Positions 7,410 through 14,991 of a stretch of DNA of 47,355 nucleotides are shown in pieces; position 1 is the first letter of the stretch, and every line of letters begins with the position of its first letter. The notes below the pieces were generated by a model. That model did not search any database and was not told the origin of the DNA. It saw nothing but the letters and a program-made list of their open reading frames with translations. The position numbers and the translations under genes are program-made. The stretch lies in the IMG/VR virus record IMGVR_UViG_3300045988_109730. One strand, written 5' to 3'. Origin of the DNA: a virus.

Positions 7410-8522
7410 CTATTTCAATCTCAACCGAATCAATTCCTCACTATACCCAAGTGCCAGTGCGATCTGATTCGTCGTAAATTCCTTCATCCATTTGTCATGA
7501 TCGTAATTATTATTGATTATATCTTCAACCAAACGTTTGAAAGTATTTTTATCGCATAAGACAAATTCATAAAAGTGATTCATTACTTCACAAGCATCTT
7601 CAAAAATTGTTTGAGAATAAAATTCTCTTAAATTATAAATTTTTCCTACAAGATATGTTAAATATGGTTCATTAAAAGAATCTGAATGTACACGTGTAGA
7701 AGAATATACGCCATCGTTATATAATGATATGCTGCTAAAATTTGAAGCCATAATCTCAAAGTAGAGTGCCTTTAGGTAGTACAGAAGAGAATCTTCCTGT
7801 TTACCTGAATCACCTAGCCATTCAGCCATAGATCGATAATTACATGTTAATAAATTGAATTTACTATTTTTCATGTATTCAAATTCTCGATCATTGAATA
7901 TAGACCAAATGATCTTATGAAAATCATAATTATTTGGACATGATTTCTTAGCAGATATATATTCGTCAATGCCTATCCCTAATTTGATTCTGTGGTTAAA
8001 CAGATCAATATAATCTTTGTGATTTTCCACAAAATATTTTCCCTTATTAGATAGAGAATAAAATTTTATATGATCAGCATTTAAAATATGCATTAATTCA
8101 TCAGAGGAATCAGTAGCTAATAGACGATTGATCAAATCTTCTTTGTTCCCTGATACATGTAGACGTAATTCTCTTAACAGAGCTTTTAACTCTGGTATTC
8201 TTAAAGAACGCAAGATATCTACCAATTCAGCATCTTTATAATAACCATCTTGGACTAATTTTTTATGAAATTTAGATGGGCTTTTGATTTCAAAATCATA
8301 CTGGAAGTATCTTGGATATTCGTTGTCGTCCATGATCGGAGTTCCAGTACTGTATCTGTCGAGGAATACAGCTGTATAAAACTCTCTTTTTTTTAGGGAA
8401 ACTTCTGAATCATTGACATAAGATGATGAATCCAAGGCGATGTTAGGAGTTGATGGTTCATCTAAAATTTCTTGCTTAGGTTCTTCGGGTTTCGACTTTC
8501 TGAAAAAATCAAAGATGCTCAT
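7410..8522 (-). CDS. SAP-domain protein with an ImmA-like C-terminal tail, function unknown
   Basis: SAP motif LRIPELKALLRELRLHVSGNKEDLINRLL. The last 23 aa, EFTTNQIALALGYSEELIRLRLK, resemble the ImmA C-terminus. ATGA overlap with the upstream gene. Confidence 0.7.
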   Translation of the reverse strand: MSIFDFFRKSKPEEPKQEILDEPSTPNIALDSSSYVNDSEVSLKKREFYTAVFLDRYSTGTPIMDDNEYPRYFQYDFEIKSPSKFHKKLVQDGYYKDAELVDILRSLRIPELKALLRELRLHVSGNKEDLINRLLATDSSDELMHILNADHIKFYSLSNKGKYFVENHKDYIDLFNHRIKLGIGIDEYISAKKSCPNNYDFHKIIWSIFNDREFEYMKNSKFNLLTCNYRSMAEWLGDSGKQEDSLLYYLKALYFEIMASNFSSISLYNDGVYSSTRVHSDSFNEPYLTYLVGKIYNLREFYSQTIFEDACEVMNHFYEFVLCDKNTFKRLVEDIINNNYDHDKWMKEFTTNQIALALGYSEELIRLRLK

Positions 8523-9931
8523 TCTTGATGTTCCTCCTCTCGTAGTTTCAGGGAGATTCTGTACTGATCAGCATCAGGAACATCAACAAATTCCACTGTT
8601 TTATCAAAATTATTCTTAACAACATCCTTGATCTCATCTAAGGAAACTCTGAAAAATTCTCTTCTTTGGTTTACAAGGTTTAATTTACGATCTTCAAAAG
8701 CTCTATGTAAGGCTGCTTCCAATGCTGGAGCATCCTCTGAAAAGATCATTGCATGTACATCAAATTTGAATGGAACAGAAGCATCTCCTAATTCATCTAC
8801 ACGATCTTGTGGATTTAATCTACGTGTCATACCGATTTTGTAAATACCTTCACCGAATGATCCAATGTTAGAAATTACATATACATAACCAGCTTTTTGG
8901 TTAGCCTCTCTGTAATCAATATCCTTGATTTTAGTGTCAATCTCGGAAAGAGATTGTATGATTTCCTCTTTCTTTTGATTTAAATCTTCTATATTGTCAT
9001 CAGAAGCGGTTGAAATTTGATGATTGATATTAGAAAGGGCTTGTTCGTAATGTTTGCGTTCTTTATCAATATTTTTACGTTGTTCTTTTAGTTCTTTTTG
9101 TAATCGAGCTTCTTCACGCTGTTGAGCTCTTAATTCTGCCTTTTGTTCCTTTTCACGCTGTTTTTGAATCTGATATTCGAGAGCTAATCTAAGCTCTTGA
9201 ATTTTCAGATCATAGTAATGAGCGGTTATGGCAATTGACATTGTTACACCCAATTTAGCAATAGCATTGAAACTTCGTTCCATTTTCTTAACAGATGTAT
9301 CATAGTTATTGTATTTTACCTTACTAATAATCTCATCACATTCACTGTTGAACGCACGAAGCAGTAGCTTCTGCATGTCTCTTACTAACTTTCGTCCTTT
9401 GGCTTCACTACCATTTACTTGCCATCCTATGTTCCCGGATACAGCTGTATCATCCTTGATCATTGCTTTCTGCTGGTTTCGTATATTTATGAGCTCTGCT
9501 TTATAAGCATCAGCGTTAGTAAAAGAGTAGCGTGGTTCATATAACCCGAAATCCTGAACAAGAACTTCATCAGAGAAAGTAATAAGTTCATTTTTCAATT
9601 CTTTTATATTAGAATTTAGCTCATTAATTTCGTCATTGTAAGCAAGAATAAGCGACTTTTGCTTAGAAATTTCTTCCATGTACTTATCATACTGTTCTGA
9701 AAGCTTTTGTTCTTGTTCCATTTTATCATGAGCAAATTTTACTTGTGATTCAGAAATCTGTTTTTGTAAAGATTCCAAATCCAACATTTCAGGTGTAAGC
9801 TTCGATTCCAATTTAGCTTTTTCGATTTCAAGATTAGCAATTGTTTTTTGCATTTCTAAATTAGAATTTTCTAATTCCTGAATCTTATCATTTAATTCGT
9901 TGTTTCCAAATATTGAATTTAATAACCCCAT
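8519..9931 (-). CDS. DUF4041-like protein with C-terminal T5orf172 (GIY-YIG-like) nuclease-type domain and long coiled coils
   Basis: C-terminal GYVYVISN..GIYKIGMTRRLNPQDRVDELG..FKFDVHAMIF..LHRAF..REFF. The central region is typical of DUF4041. Starts 10 nt after the immA stop. Confidence 0.75.
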   Translation of the reverse strand: MGLLNSIFGNNELNDKIQELENSNLEMQKTIANLEIEKAKLESKLTPEMLDLESLQKQISESQVKFAHDKMEQEQKLSEQYDKYMEEISKQKSLILAYNDEINELNSNIKELKNELITFSDEVLVQDFGLYEPRYSFTNADAYKAELINIRNQQKAMIKDDTAVSGNIGWQVNGSEAKGRKLVRDMQKLLLRAFNSECDEIISKVKYNNYDTSVKKMERSFNAIAKLGVTMSIAITAHYYDLKIQELRLALEYQIQKQREKEQKAELRAQQREEARLQKELKEQRKNIDKERKHYEQALSNINHQISTASDDNIEDLNQKKEEIIQSLSEIDTKIKDIDYREANQKAGYVYVISNIGSFGEGIYKIGMTRRLNPQDRVDELGDASVPFKFDVHAMIFSEDAPALEAALHRAFEDRKLNLVNQRREFFRVSLDEIKDVVKNNFDKTVEFVDVPDADQYRISLKLREEEHQE

Positions 9932-9941
9932 TATGTTCCCT

Positions 9942-10370
9942 TCATTTTGATTTTAATCTTAACTTAATTAGTTTTTCAGTGTACCCAAGAGCGAGTGCAA
10001 TTTGTTCAGTTGTATATTCTTGATATTCTAAGAATGTTTCGTCAGGTACCAGAAGTTCCATAGCAAATAAATCAGCTTCTTTTTCGTATTTTGTGGTGTT
10101 AAATCCAGTATACGTATCCATGAAGAGAGCGTTAGCCTTTTTATGCAGTAGCATGTGGCCTAACTCATGGGCGCAGACAAGAATCTGTTCATGTTCTGGA
10201 AGAGAATCATCAATATAGATAATATTATTTCTTTGAAAATATTGATAAAACCCTCTGACACCTTCAAGTGGCACTGGCACAAGAATAACATTTAGTCCTT
10301 TGATAATCTCAAAAGGATTTCTTGTTTTGTGTTTCTTGACAAGCGAATTTACAATCTTTTTTATGTCCAT
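9942..10370 (-). CDS. immA: ImmA/IrrE-family zinc metallopeptidase (anti-repressor protease)
   Basis: HEXXH motif AHELGHMLLH. Sits immediately downstream of the XRE repressor, as in ImmR/ImmA modules. Confidence 0.85.
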   Translation of the reverse strand: MDIKKIVNSLVKKHKTRNPFEIIKGLNVILVPVPLEGVRGFYQYFQRNNIIYIDDSLPEHEQILVCAHELGHMLLHKKANALFMDTYTGFNTTKYEKEADLFAMELLVPDETFLEYQEYTTEQIALALGYTEKLIKLRLKSK

Positions 10371-10375
10371 TCACA

Positions 10376-10813
10376 TCAGTCCTTTTTGTATTTTTTAGGT
10401 GTATATTTTTCCTTGTTCTTTTTCTTAGCCATCTCCATCCCAATTTCCATTGCGTTTAGAATAGATTCAATTGCTTCAGGAGAAGCAGGATCACCATCAA
10501 ACATTAGTCCTTCTTGGGATGTTAGTTTGTCTTTGGTTTGCTGTAGGATTTCTTCTATTTGTTTTGTGTCTCTTTTATTAAGTTCTGCAGAAGAAGATTT
10601 CTTTTCTACCAAATCCGATTTTTCTATTCCAAAATAATTAGCCATCATTTCTATTTTGTCAATTCGTGGATAGGTTCGTGCATGCATCCAATCTGATACG
10701 GTAGACATTTTAAAACCTAAGGTGTTGCACATTTCTGTTTGAGTAACATCGTTAGCCTTTAGATAGTATTTTATATTTCTAGCCATGACTTCTTTGTTTC
10801 CTAAGTCGCTCAT
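10376..10813 (-). CDS. XRE-family HTH lysogeny repressor (CI/ImmR-like)
   Basis: HTH_3-type N-terminus (NIKYYLKANDVTQTEMCNTLGFKMSTVSDWMH). Divergent from the cro-like gene. Confidence 0.85.
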   Translation of the reverse strand: MSDLGNKEVMARNIKYYLKANDVTQTEMCNTLGFKMSTVSDWMHARTYPRIDKIEMMANYFGIEKSDLVEKKSSSAELNKRDTKQIEEILQQTKDKLTSQEGLMFDGDPASPEAIESILNAMEIGMEMAKKKNKEKYTPKKYKKD

Positions 10814-10850
10814 TTACCAGTGCCTCCTTTCTTGATTTGAATATGTCTAT

Positions 10851-10879
10851 ATTATAATGGAGAAACCGAAAAAAATCAA
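10851..10879 (-). promoter_or_regulatory. Leftward (repressor) promoter TTGATT-17-TATAAT
   Basis: Read on the minus strand: -35 at 10874-10879, -10 at 10851-10856. Overlapped by phased AACCG repeats. Confidence 0.6.
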
Positions 10880-10908
10880 CATAAACCGAAAAAAATTCGG
10901 AAAAACCG

Positions 10909-10937
10909 TTGACACTTCGGTTTAACCGTGGTAGTAT
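10909..10937 (+). promoter_or_regulatory. Rightward (early/cro) promoter TTGACA-17-TAGTAT with operator repeats
   Basis: TTGACA at 10909-10914. The spacer contains cttcggtttaaccg, which recurs at 11189-11202. Confidence 0.6.
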
Positions 10938-10964
10938 ATAAGAGAACTAAGGAGGTGAGCGAAA

Positions 10965-11213
10965 GTGAAAATGGAAACTAGATTTCCTAAAGATATGAAA
11001 GCAACATTAAAAAGTATCCGTGAAATGCGAGGGTATAAGCAAGAAGAAGCTGCTAAATTAATAGGAATAGCGACAGATACACTTAGAAACTATGAACAAG
11101 GAAAGTCTTATCCAGATATTCCAGTGCTTCGTAAAATAGAAGAAACGTATAATGTACGTTATTCGCAGATTATTTTTTTACCGTTAGACTTCGGTTTAAC
11201 CGAAATTAAATAA
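10965..11213 (+). CDS. Cro-like XRE-family HTH regulator
   Basis: HTH_3 motif (GYKQEEAAKLIGIATDTLRNYEQGKSYP). AAGGAGGTG RBS. Divergent from the repressor. Confidence 0.8.
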   Translation: MKMETRFPKDMKATLKSIREMRGYKQEEAAKLIGIATDTLRNYEQGKSYPDIPVLRKIEETYNVRYSQIIFLPLDFGLTEIK

Positions 11214-11228
11214 CCAGGAGGTGAGAAT

Positions 11229-11432
11229 ATGGGAAAAAAACCAGATATCACAATAACTAGTGATTATTTGAATTATGTAAGAAATCAAATTCAAAAAGCA
11301 ATTACAACGCTCTGCCAAAAAGAATATCTAGATGAAGAAGATGTAGTTGCACTCCTTCAAATGACAGAAGCGTTGCAAAGCTTAGGGACAAAAGCTATTA
11401 AGAAGCGTGTTATTCAACGTCCTTATAAATAA
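11229..11432 (+). CDS. Hypothetical early protein
   Basis: RBS aggaggtg upstream of the ATG. Co-directional with cro. Confidence 0.6.
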   Translation: MGKKPDITITSDYLNYVRNQIQKAITTLCQKEYLDEEDVVALLQMTEALQSLGTKAIKKRVIQRPYK

Positions 11433-11712
11433 ATTGAATAGCACTGTCCGGTAACAAATAATTACAATGTTTAGAATTCGCATCTAGCATAAAACAGATA
11501 CTGGAATCATTTAGATATTCATCAAAGAGTATATCGATATAGTATTTTTCAGGAGCAAGAAAACTAGTTATGAAACGATCTTTGTCAATATCTAAAGCCC
11601 AAAGCGATGAATTTACTTGTAAATATGAATTGCAGTTATCTTTAATTAAAGATTCAATGGTGGTTGAATCGCAAGATACGGTTTCCTGATCAATGTAGAA
11701 AATGTATTTCAT
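11410..11712 (-). CDS. Hypothetical protein, reverse-oriented moron in the early region
   Basis: ATG at 11712 lies 7 nt after AAAGGAG on the minus strand. Convergent with the early operon. Confidence 0.55.
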   Translation of the reverse strand: MKYIFYIDQETVSCDSTTIESLIKDNCNSYLQVNSSLWALDIDKDRFITSFLAPEKYYIDILFDEYLNDSSICFMLDANSKHCNYLLPDSAIQFIYKDVE

Positions 11713-11802
11713 ACGGATTTCTCCTTTCTTCAATACTCGGACATGCCAGTGCCCTGTGAATTAAGTATAGGAGATATATGAAAGAAAAACAACAGAATAA
11801 TA

Positions 11803-11906
11803 GCAGATGGCTTAATCCTCTGTCCGATACACGTAACCCCGAAACCCTCCCTAAATTGGTTAATTATTAAAAATAGCACTCAATCGGGCGGAGACTTAAG
11901 CCATCT
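11803..11906 (+). ncRNA. Structured element: 25-position stem (12 bp + 2-nt mismatch + 11 bp) closing a 54-nt C-rich loop
   Basis: 11803-11827 pairs with 11882-11906. Both transition mismatches are U-G on the plus strand. Ends 12 nt before the 11919 start. Confidence 0.4.
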
Positions 11907-11918
11907 GAAGAAAGGCAG

Positions 11919-12314
11919 GTGATAAAGGTGTTCAGGGACAGGCTTAAAAAAGTAATGGTAGATCAAAACATCAATCAAGTAGAGTTGTCCAGAATCTGCA
12001 GTGTAAGTAGATCGACCGTCAGTAAGTGGATGTCCGGAGATTCGGAACCGACAAAAGCAAGACGAAATGAGATTGCAGAAGCATTTGATCTTCCAGAGAA
12101 TTACTTCGAAGAGACAGTAATTCCTAAAAAGAAAATAGAGACGTTAACCCCGAAAGAAGTTGCGTATTTGATGGGAATGGGGGTTCCAACAATCGAAAAA
12201 GGACTGATTCAAGGGATTTTTCCATGGGGATATGCAATCCGGACAAGTGAAAATAAGCATAGATATTTCATAAATGCAAAAAAGTTTTTTGCAACTGAAA
12301 TGATAAGTGTTTGA
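11919..12314 (+). CDS. Two-HTH DNA-binding protein (XRE-like N-terminus, MerR/excisionase-like C-terminus)
   Basis: INQVELSRICSVSRSTVSKWMSG, then LTPKEVAYLMGMGVPTIEKGL. The GTG start is uncertain. Confidence 0.6.
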   Translation: MIKVFRDRLKKVMVDQNINQVELSRICSVSRSTVSKWMSGDSEPTKARRNEIAEAFDLPENYFEETVIPKKKIETLTPKEVAYLMGMGVPTIEKGLIQGIFPWGYAIRTSENKHRYFINAKKFFATEMISV

Positions 12315-12328
12315 GAAAGGAGCATGAG

Positions 12329-12463
12329 ATGAAAAGTGAAACAAAAGCCATGATCTGCACGGCAGCGGTGCTGATCGCAATGGGAATATTTAAGGAATTA
12401 GCAGCGTTGTGTTTGATCACAGCGATGATCTATGAGGAAGGAGTGAAGAAATTTGATAAATAA
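12329..12463 (+). CDS. Small hydrophobic protein (44 aa), not in the ORF track
   Basis: ATG lies 6 nt after GAAAGGAG. Translation MKSETKAMICTAAVLIAMGIFKELAALCLITAMIYEEGVKKFDK. Confidence 0.45.
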   Translation: MKSETKAMICTAAVLIAMGIFKELAALCLITAMIYEEGVKKFDK

Positions 12464-12677
12464 GATTTTAAAAGAGCTTGATCATATGATCAAATTTCAA
12501 GAGAAAGAAATTGAGCTAGATATGCAGGCGGAAGAGTTAGAAGGCAAAATACACTTCGAAACCGCAAAGCTTCTTGCTTATGACGAAGTAGCAAGAATGA
12601 TAAAAAAATGTGCCCAGGAAGCGGCAACTTCCGAAGGCACAGATGTAAATACACAAGAAAAGTATAACACAGATTAG
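12453..12677 (+). CDS. Hypothetical protein
   Basis: Co-directional ORF with TTG start after AGGAAGGAG. Confidence 0.5.
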   Translation: MINKILKELDHMIKFQEKEIELDMQAEELEGKIHFETAKLLAYDEVARMIKKCAQEAATSEGTDVNTQEKYNTD

Positions 12678-12698
12678 AAGAAAAGTGAAATCAGAAAA

Positions 12699-13001
12699 TT
12701 GGTAGTTGAGATCTTTGATCTATCGTTGCGACTGCAAGAAATGACAGATGGAACTATAGATTGGCGAGAACCAGGTGTTCCATGTGTACAAGCTGAATAT
12801 CATGGAGCTACCGCAGTGCTAAGCGTTAAGATCTGGGAAAATGGCTTTAGTGCAGAACAGCGACCAGATTACAGTACAATGCTGTTTCTCAACAATCCGA
12901 ACTGTATGATCGAAGCATGGTATCTGAAAGAAAAATTGATGGGACTATTAGAAGAAAGAAGAGGAAATGACAATGGGAAAGATGATTCTGATCACAACTG
13001 A
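12699..13001 (+). CDS. Hypothetical protein
   Basis: Co-directional ORF with a non-ATG start. Confidence 0.45.
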   Translation: MVVEIFDLSLRLQEMTDGTIDWREPGVPCVQAEYHGATAVLSVKIWENGFSAEQRPDYSTMLFLNNPNCMIEAWYLKEKLMGLLEERRGNDNGKDDSDHN

Positions 13002-13410
13002 TAATGAGGTAAAAGAGCTGGAATATCCAGACGTGGGACTTAAATCATGGAAAAAGTTGAAAGAACACATCGGAAACAGATGTGAGCTAATTGAACACGT
13101 ACAGCCCAAGAGATTATATACAGAGATTGGTGCAGGAATTGAGATTAAAAATGTACCAGGATCAAAAGTAAGCATGTTGGTTGATGAAGAATTTTATTTT
13201 CATTGCGATGAAAATAAATTAAATAAGATAGCTTCATGGCTGTATGAGACAGATCGCCATGGATACCAGATTCTTGGTAATGCCTTGATTATTGGAGAAA
13301 AGTATGGAAATGCAGGAATTGAGTTTTGTGGAATGTCAGAAGAACAGTTTGATCTTGTCTTTCCTAAATTAAAAGAATTGGGAAAGAGGTTTAAAGATGC
13401 AGGAGATTGA
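12967..13410 (+). CDS. Hypothetical protein (possibly DUF3846-like)
   Basis: Co-directional ORF. The family assignment is from memory only. Confidence 0.5.
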   Translation: MTMGKMILITTDNEVKELEYPDVGLKSWKKLKEHIGNRCELIEHVQPKRLYTEIGAGIEIKNVPGSKVSMLVDEEFYFHCDENKLNKIASWLYETDRHGYQILGNALIIGEKYGNAGIEFCGMSEEQFDLVFPKLKELGKRFKDAGD

Positions 13411-14068
13411 GATTAGCAAAGGAATCAAACGGATTCAGTTCGATTCCTTTGATTCCTGGTTAAATGCCAGACACGGAATCGGTGGATCTGATGCATCTGC
13501 GGTATTAGGACTCAATCCATATAAAACCAATATAGAGCTTTATTTAGAAAAGACAGGACAGCGAATGGCTCCTGATATTTCAGATAAAGATTATGTAAAG
13601 TATGGGCATGATGCGGAGCCATTGCTTAGATCGCTGTTTGCACTGGATCATCCAGAGTATAAGGTTGAGTACTTCGGAGACAACATGATCCGAAACGAAA
13701 AGCATCCATGGGCGCATGCTTCTTTGGATGGAGAACTGACCGATCAGGATGGTCGCAAAGGAATCTTAGAAATTAAGACAACTAATATCCTACAAAGTAT
13801 GCAGCGTGAGAAGTGGAAAGATCAGATTCCGGACAACTATTACATACAGGTCCTACATTACCTGCTAGTTAGCGAATATGAGTTTGTTGAACTGAGAGCA
13901 CAGCTGAAATCAGTATGGCAGGGTCAGATCAGATTGGAGACAAAAGATTATCATATTGAGCGATTAGAGGCAGAAGAAGACATTGAGATATTAAAACAAG
14001 CGGAAGAAGAGTTCTGGCAGAAAGTTTTAAAAAGACAGCAGCCACATTTAATCCTTCCGGAAATATAA
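13397..14068 (+). CDS. YqaJ-like (lambda Exo-type, PD-(D/E)XK) recombination exonuclease
   Basis: GIGGSDASAVLGLNPYKT...YGHDAEP...ASLDGEL...GILEIKT. Lies upstream of RecT. Confidence 0.85.
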   Translation: MQEIEISKGIKRIQFDSFDSWLNARHGIGGSDASAVLGLNPYKTNIELYLEKTGQRMAPDISDKDYVKYGHDAEPLLRSLFALDHPEYKVEYFGDNMIRNEKHPWAHASLDGELTDQDGRKGILEIKTTNILQSMQREKWKDQIPDNYYIQVLHYLLVSEYEFVELRAQLKSVWQGQIRLETKDYHIERLEAEEDIEILKQAEEEFWQKVLKRQQPHLILPEI

Positions 14069-14081
14069 AAAGGAGAAATGT

Positions 14082-14990
14082 ATGGAACTTAAGATATACA
14101 ATCCACAGGAAGAGGGATTTCTGAAAGAGATTGACTGGAACTATGAAGAGTTAAAAATAGAAATCCAAGGAAAAGCAAATGATTACATGAATCTGGTTTA
14201 TACAGCAGATCAGGTAAAAGATGCCAAAAAAGATCGTGCAAATCTTAATAAATTTGTGGAAGCTTTAGAGAGCAAGCGAAAAGAAATTAAAAAACAGATT
14301 ACAGAACCATATTCAGCATTCGAGAAACAAGAGAAAGAACTGGTTGGTATTGTTAATAAAGCGATTGCAAATATTGATACGCAGATCAAAGGATATGAAG
14401 AAGCAACAAGACAGGAAAAACTTGAAAAGGTCAAAGAAATCTATGCAAAAACAATCGGTGGACTTGCTGATGTAGTAACGTTTGACAAAATTTTTAAAGA
14501 ATCCTGGCTGAATGTATCAACAACGTTTAAATCGATCACAAAGGAAATCACAGAAATTCGTGACAAGGTTGACAATGATTTATTTGTGATCAATGCAGAC
14601 ACGAGTTCCTTTGCTTATGAGATGAAAGAAGAGTATCTAAAGAACTTTGATCTCACTGCAGCGATTAACAAAAAACAAAAATTAGAAGAGACAGCAAAGC
14701 AGAAAGCAATATATGAAGAACAACTAAAAGAGGAAGAGGAACAAAGAAAACAACGATCACAAGAAGAAGCAAAGAAAGTAGTATTTGCAGGTAAAAGCAC
14801 AGAAAAGCCAGTAAAAGCACAGAAGCCAGTAAAAGCACAGAAGCCAGTGAATACAGAAGAAAAAATATCAACGATCACATTCCGATGTACTGTGAAAGAA
14901 CATAACTTTAAAGAAGTTAACGCAAGACTCAGTCTAGTACAAAAAGTATGTGAAGAATTTAAAATCATAGATCCAAAGGAGGAATTATAA
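14082..14990 (+). CDS. DUF1351-like protein of the phage recombination module
   Basis: Sits between the exonuclease and RecT. Coiled-coil rich. Contains the KPVKAQ tandem repeat. Confidence 0.6.
   Translation: MELKIYNPQEEGFLKEIDWNYEELKIEIQGKANDYMNLVYTADQVKDAKKDRANLNKFVEALESKRKEIKKQITEPYSAFEKQEKELVGIVNKAIANIDTQIKGYEEATRQEKLEKVKEIYAKTIGGLADVVTFDKIFKESWLNVSTTFKSITKEITEIRDKVDNDLFVINADTSSFAYEMKEEYLKNFDLTAAINKKQKLEETAKQKAIYEEQLKEEEEQRKQRSQEEAKKVVFAGKSTEKPVKAQKPVKAQKPVNTEEKISTITFRCTVKEHNFKEVNARLSLVQKVCEEFKIIDPKEEL
14805..14849 (+). repeat. In-frame 18-bp tandem repeat x2.5 (aagccagtaaaagcacag, KPVKAQ)
   Basis: Direct reading of the sequence. Confidence 0.9.
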
Positions 14991-14991
14991 A

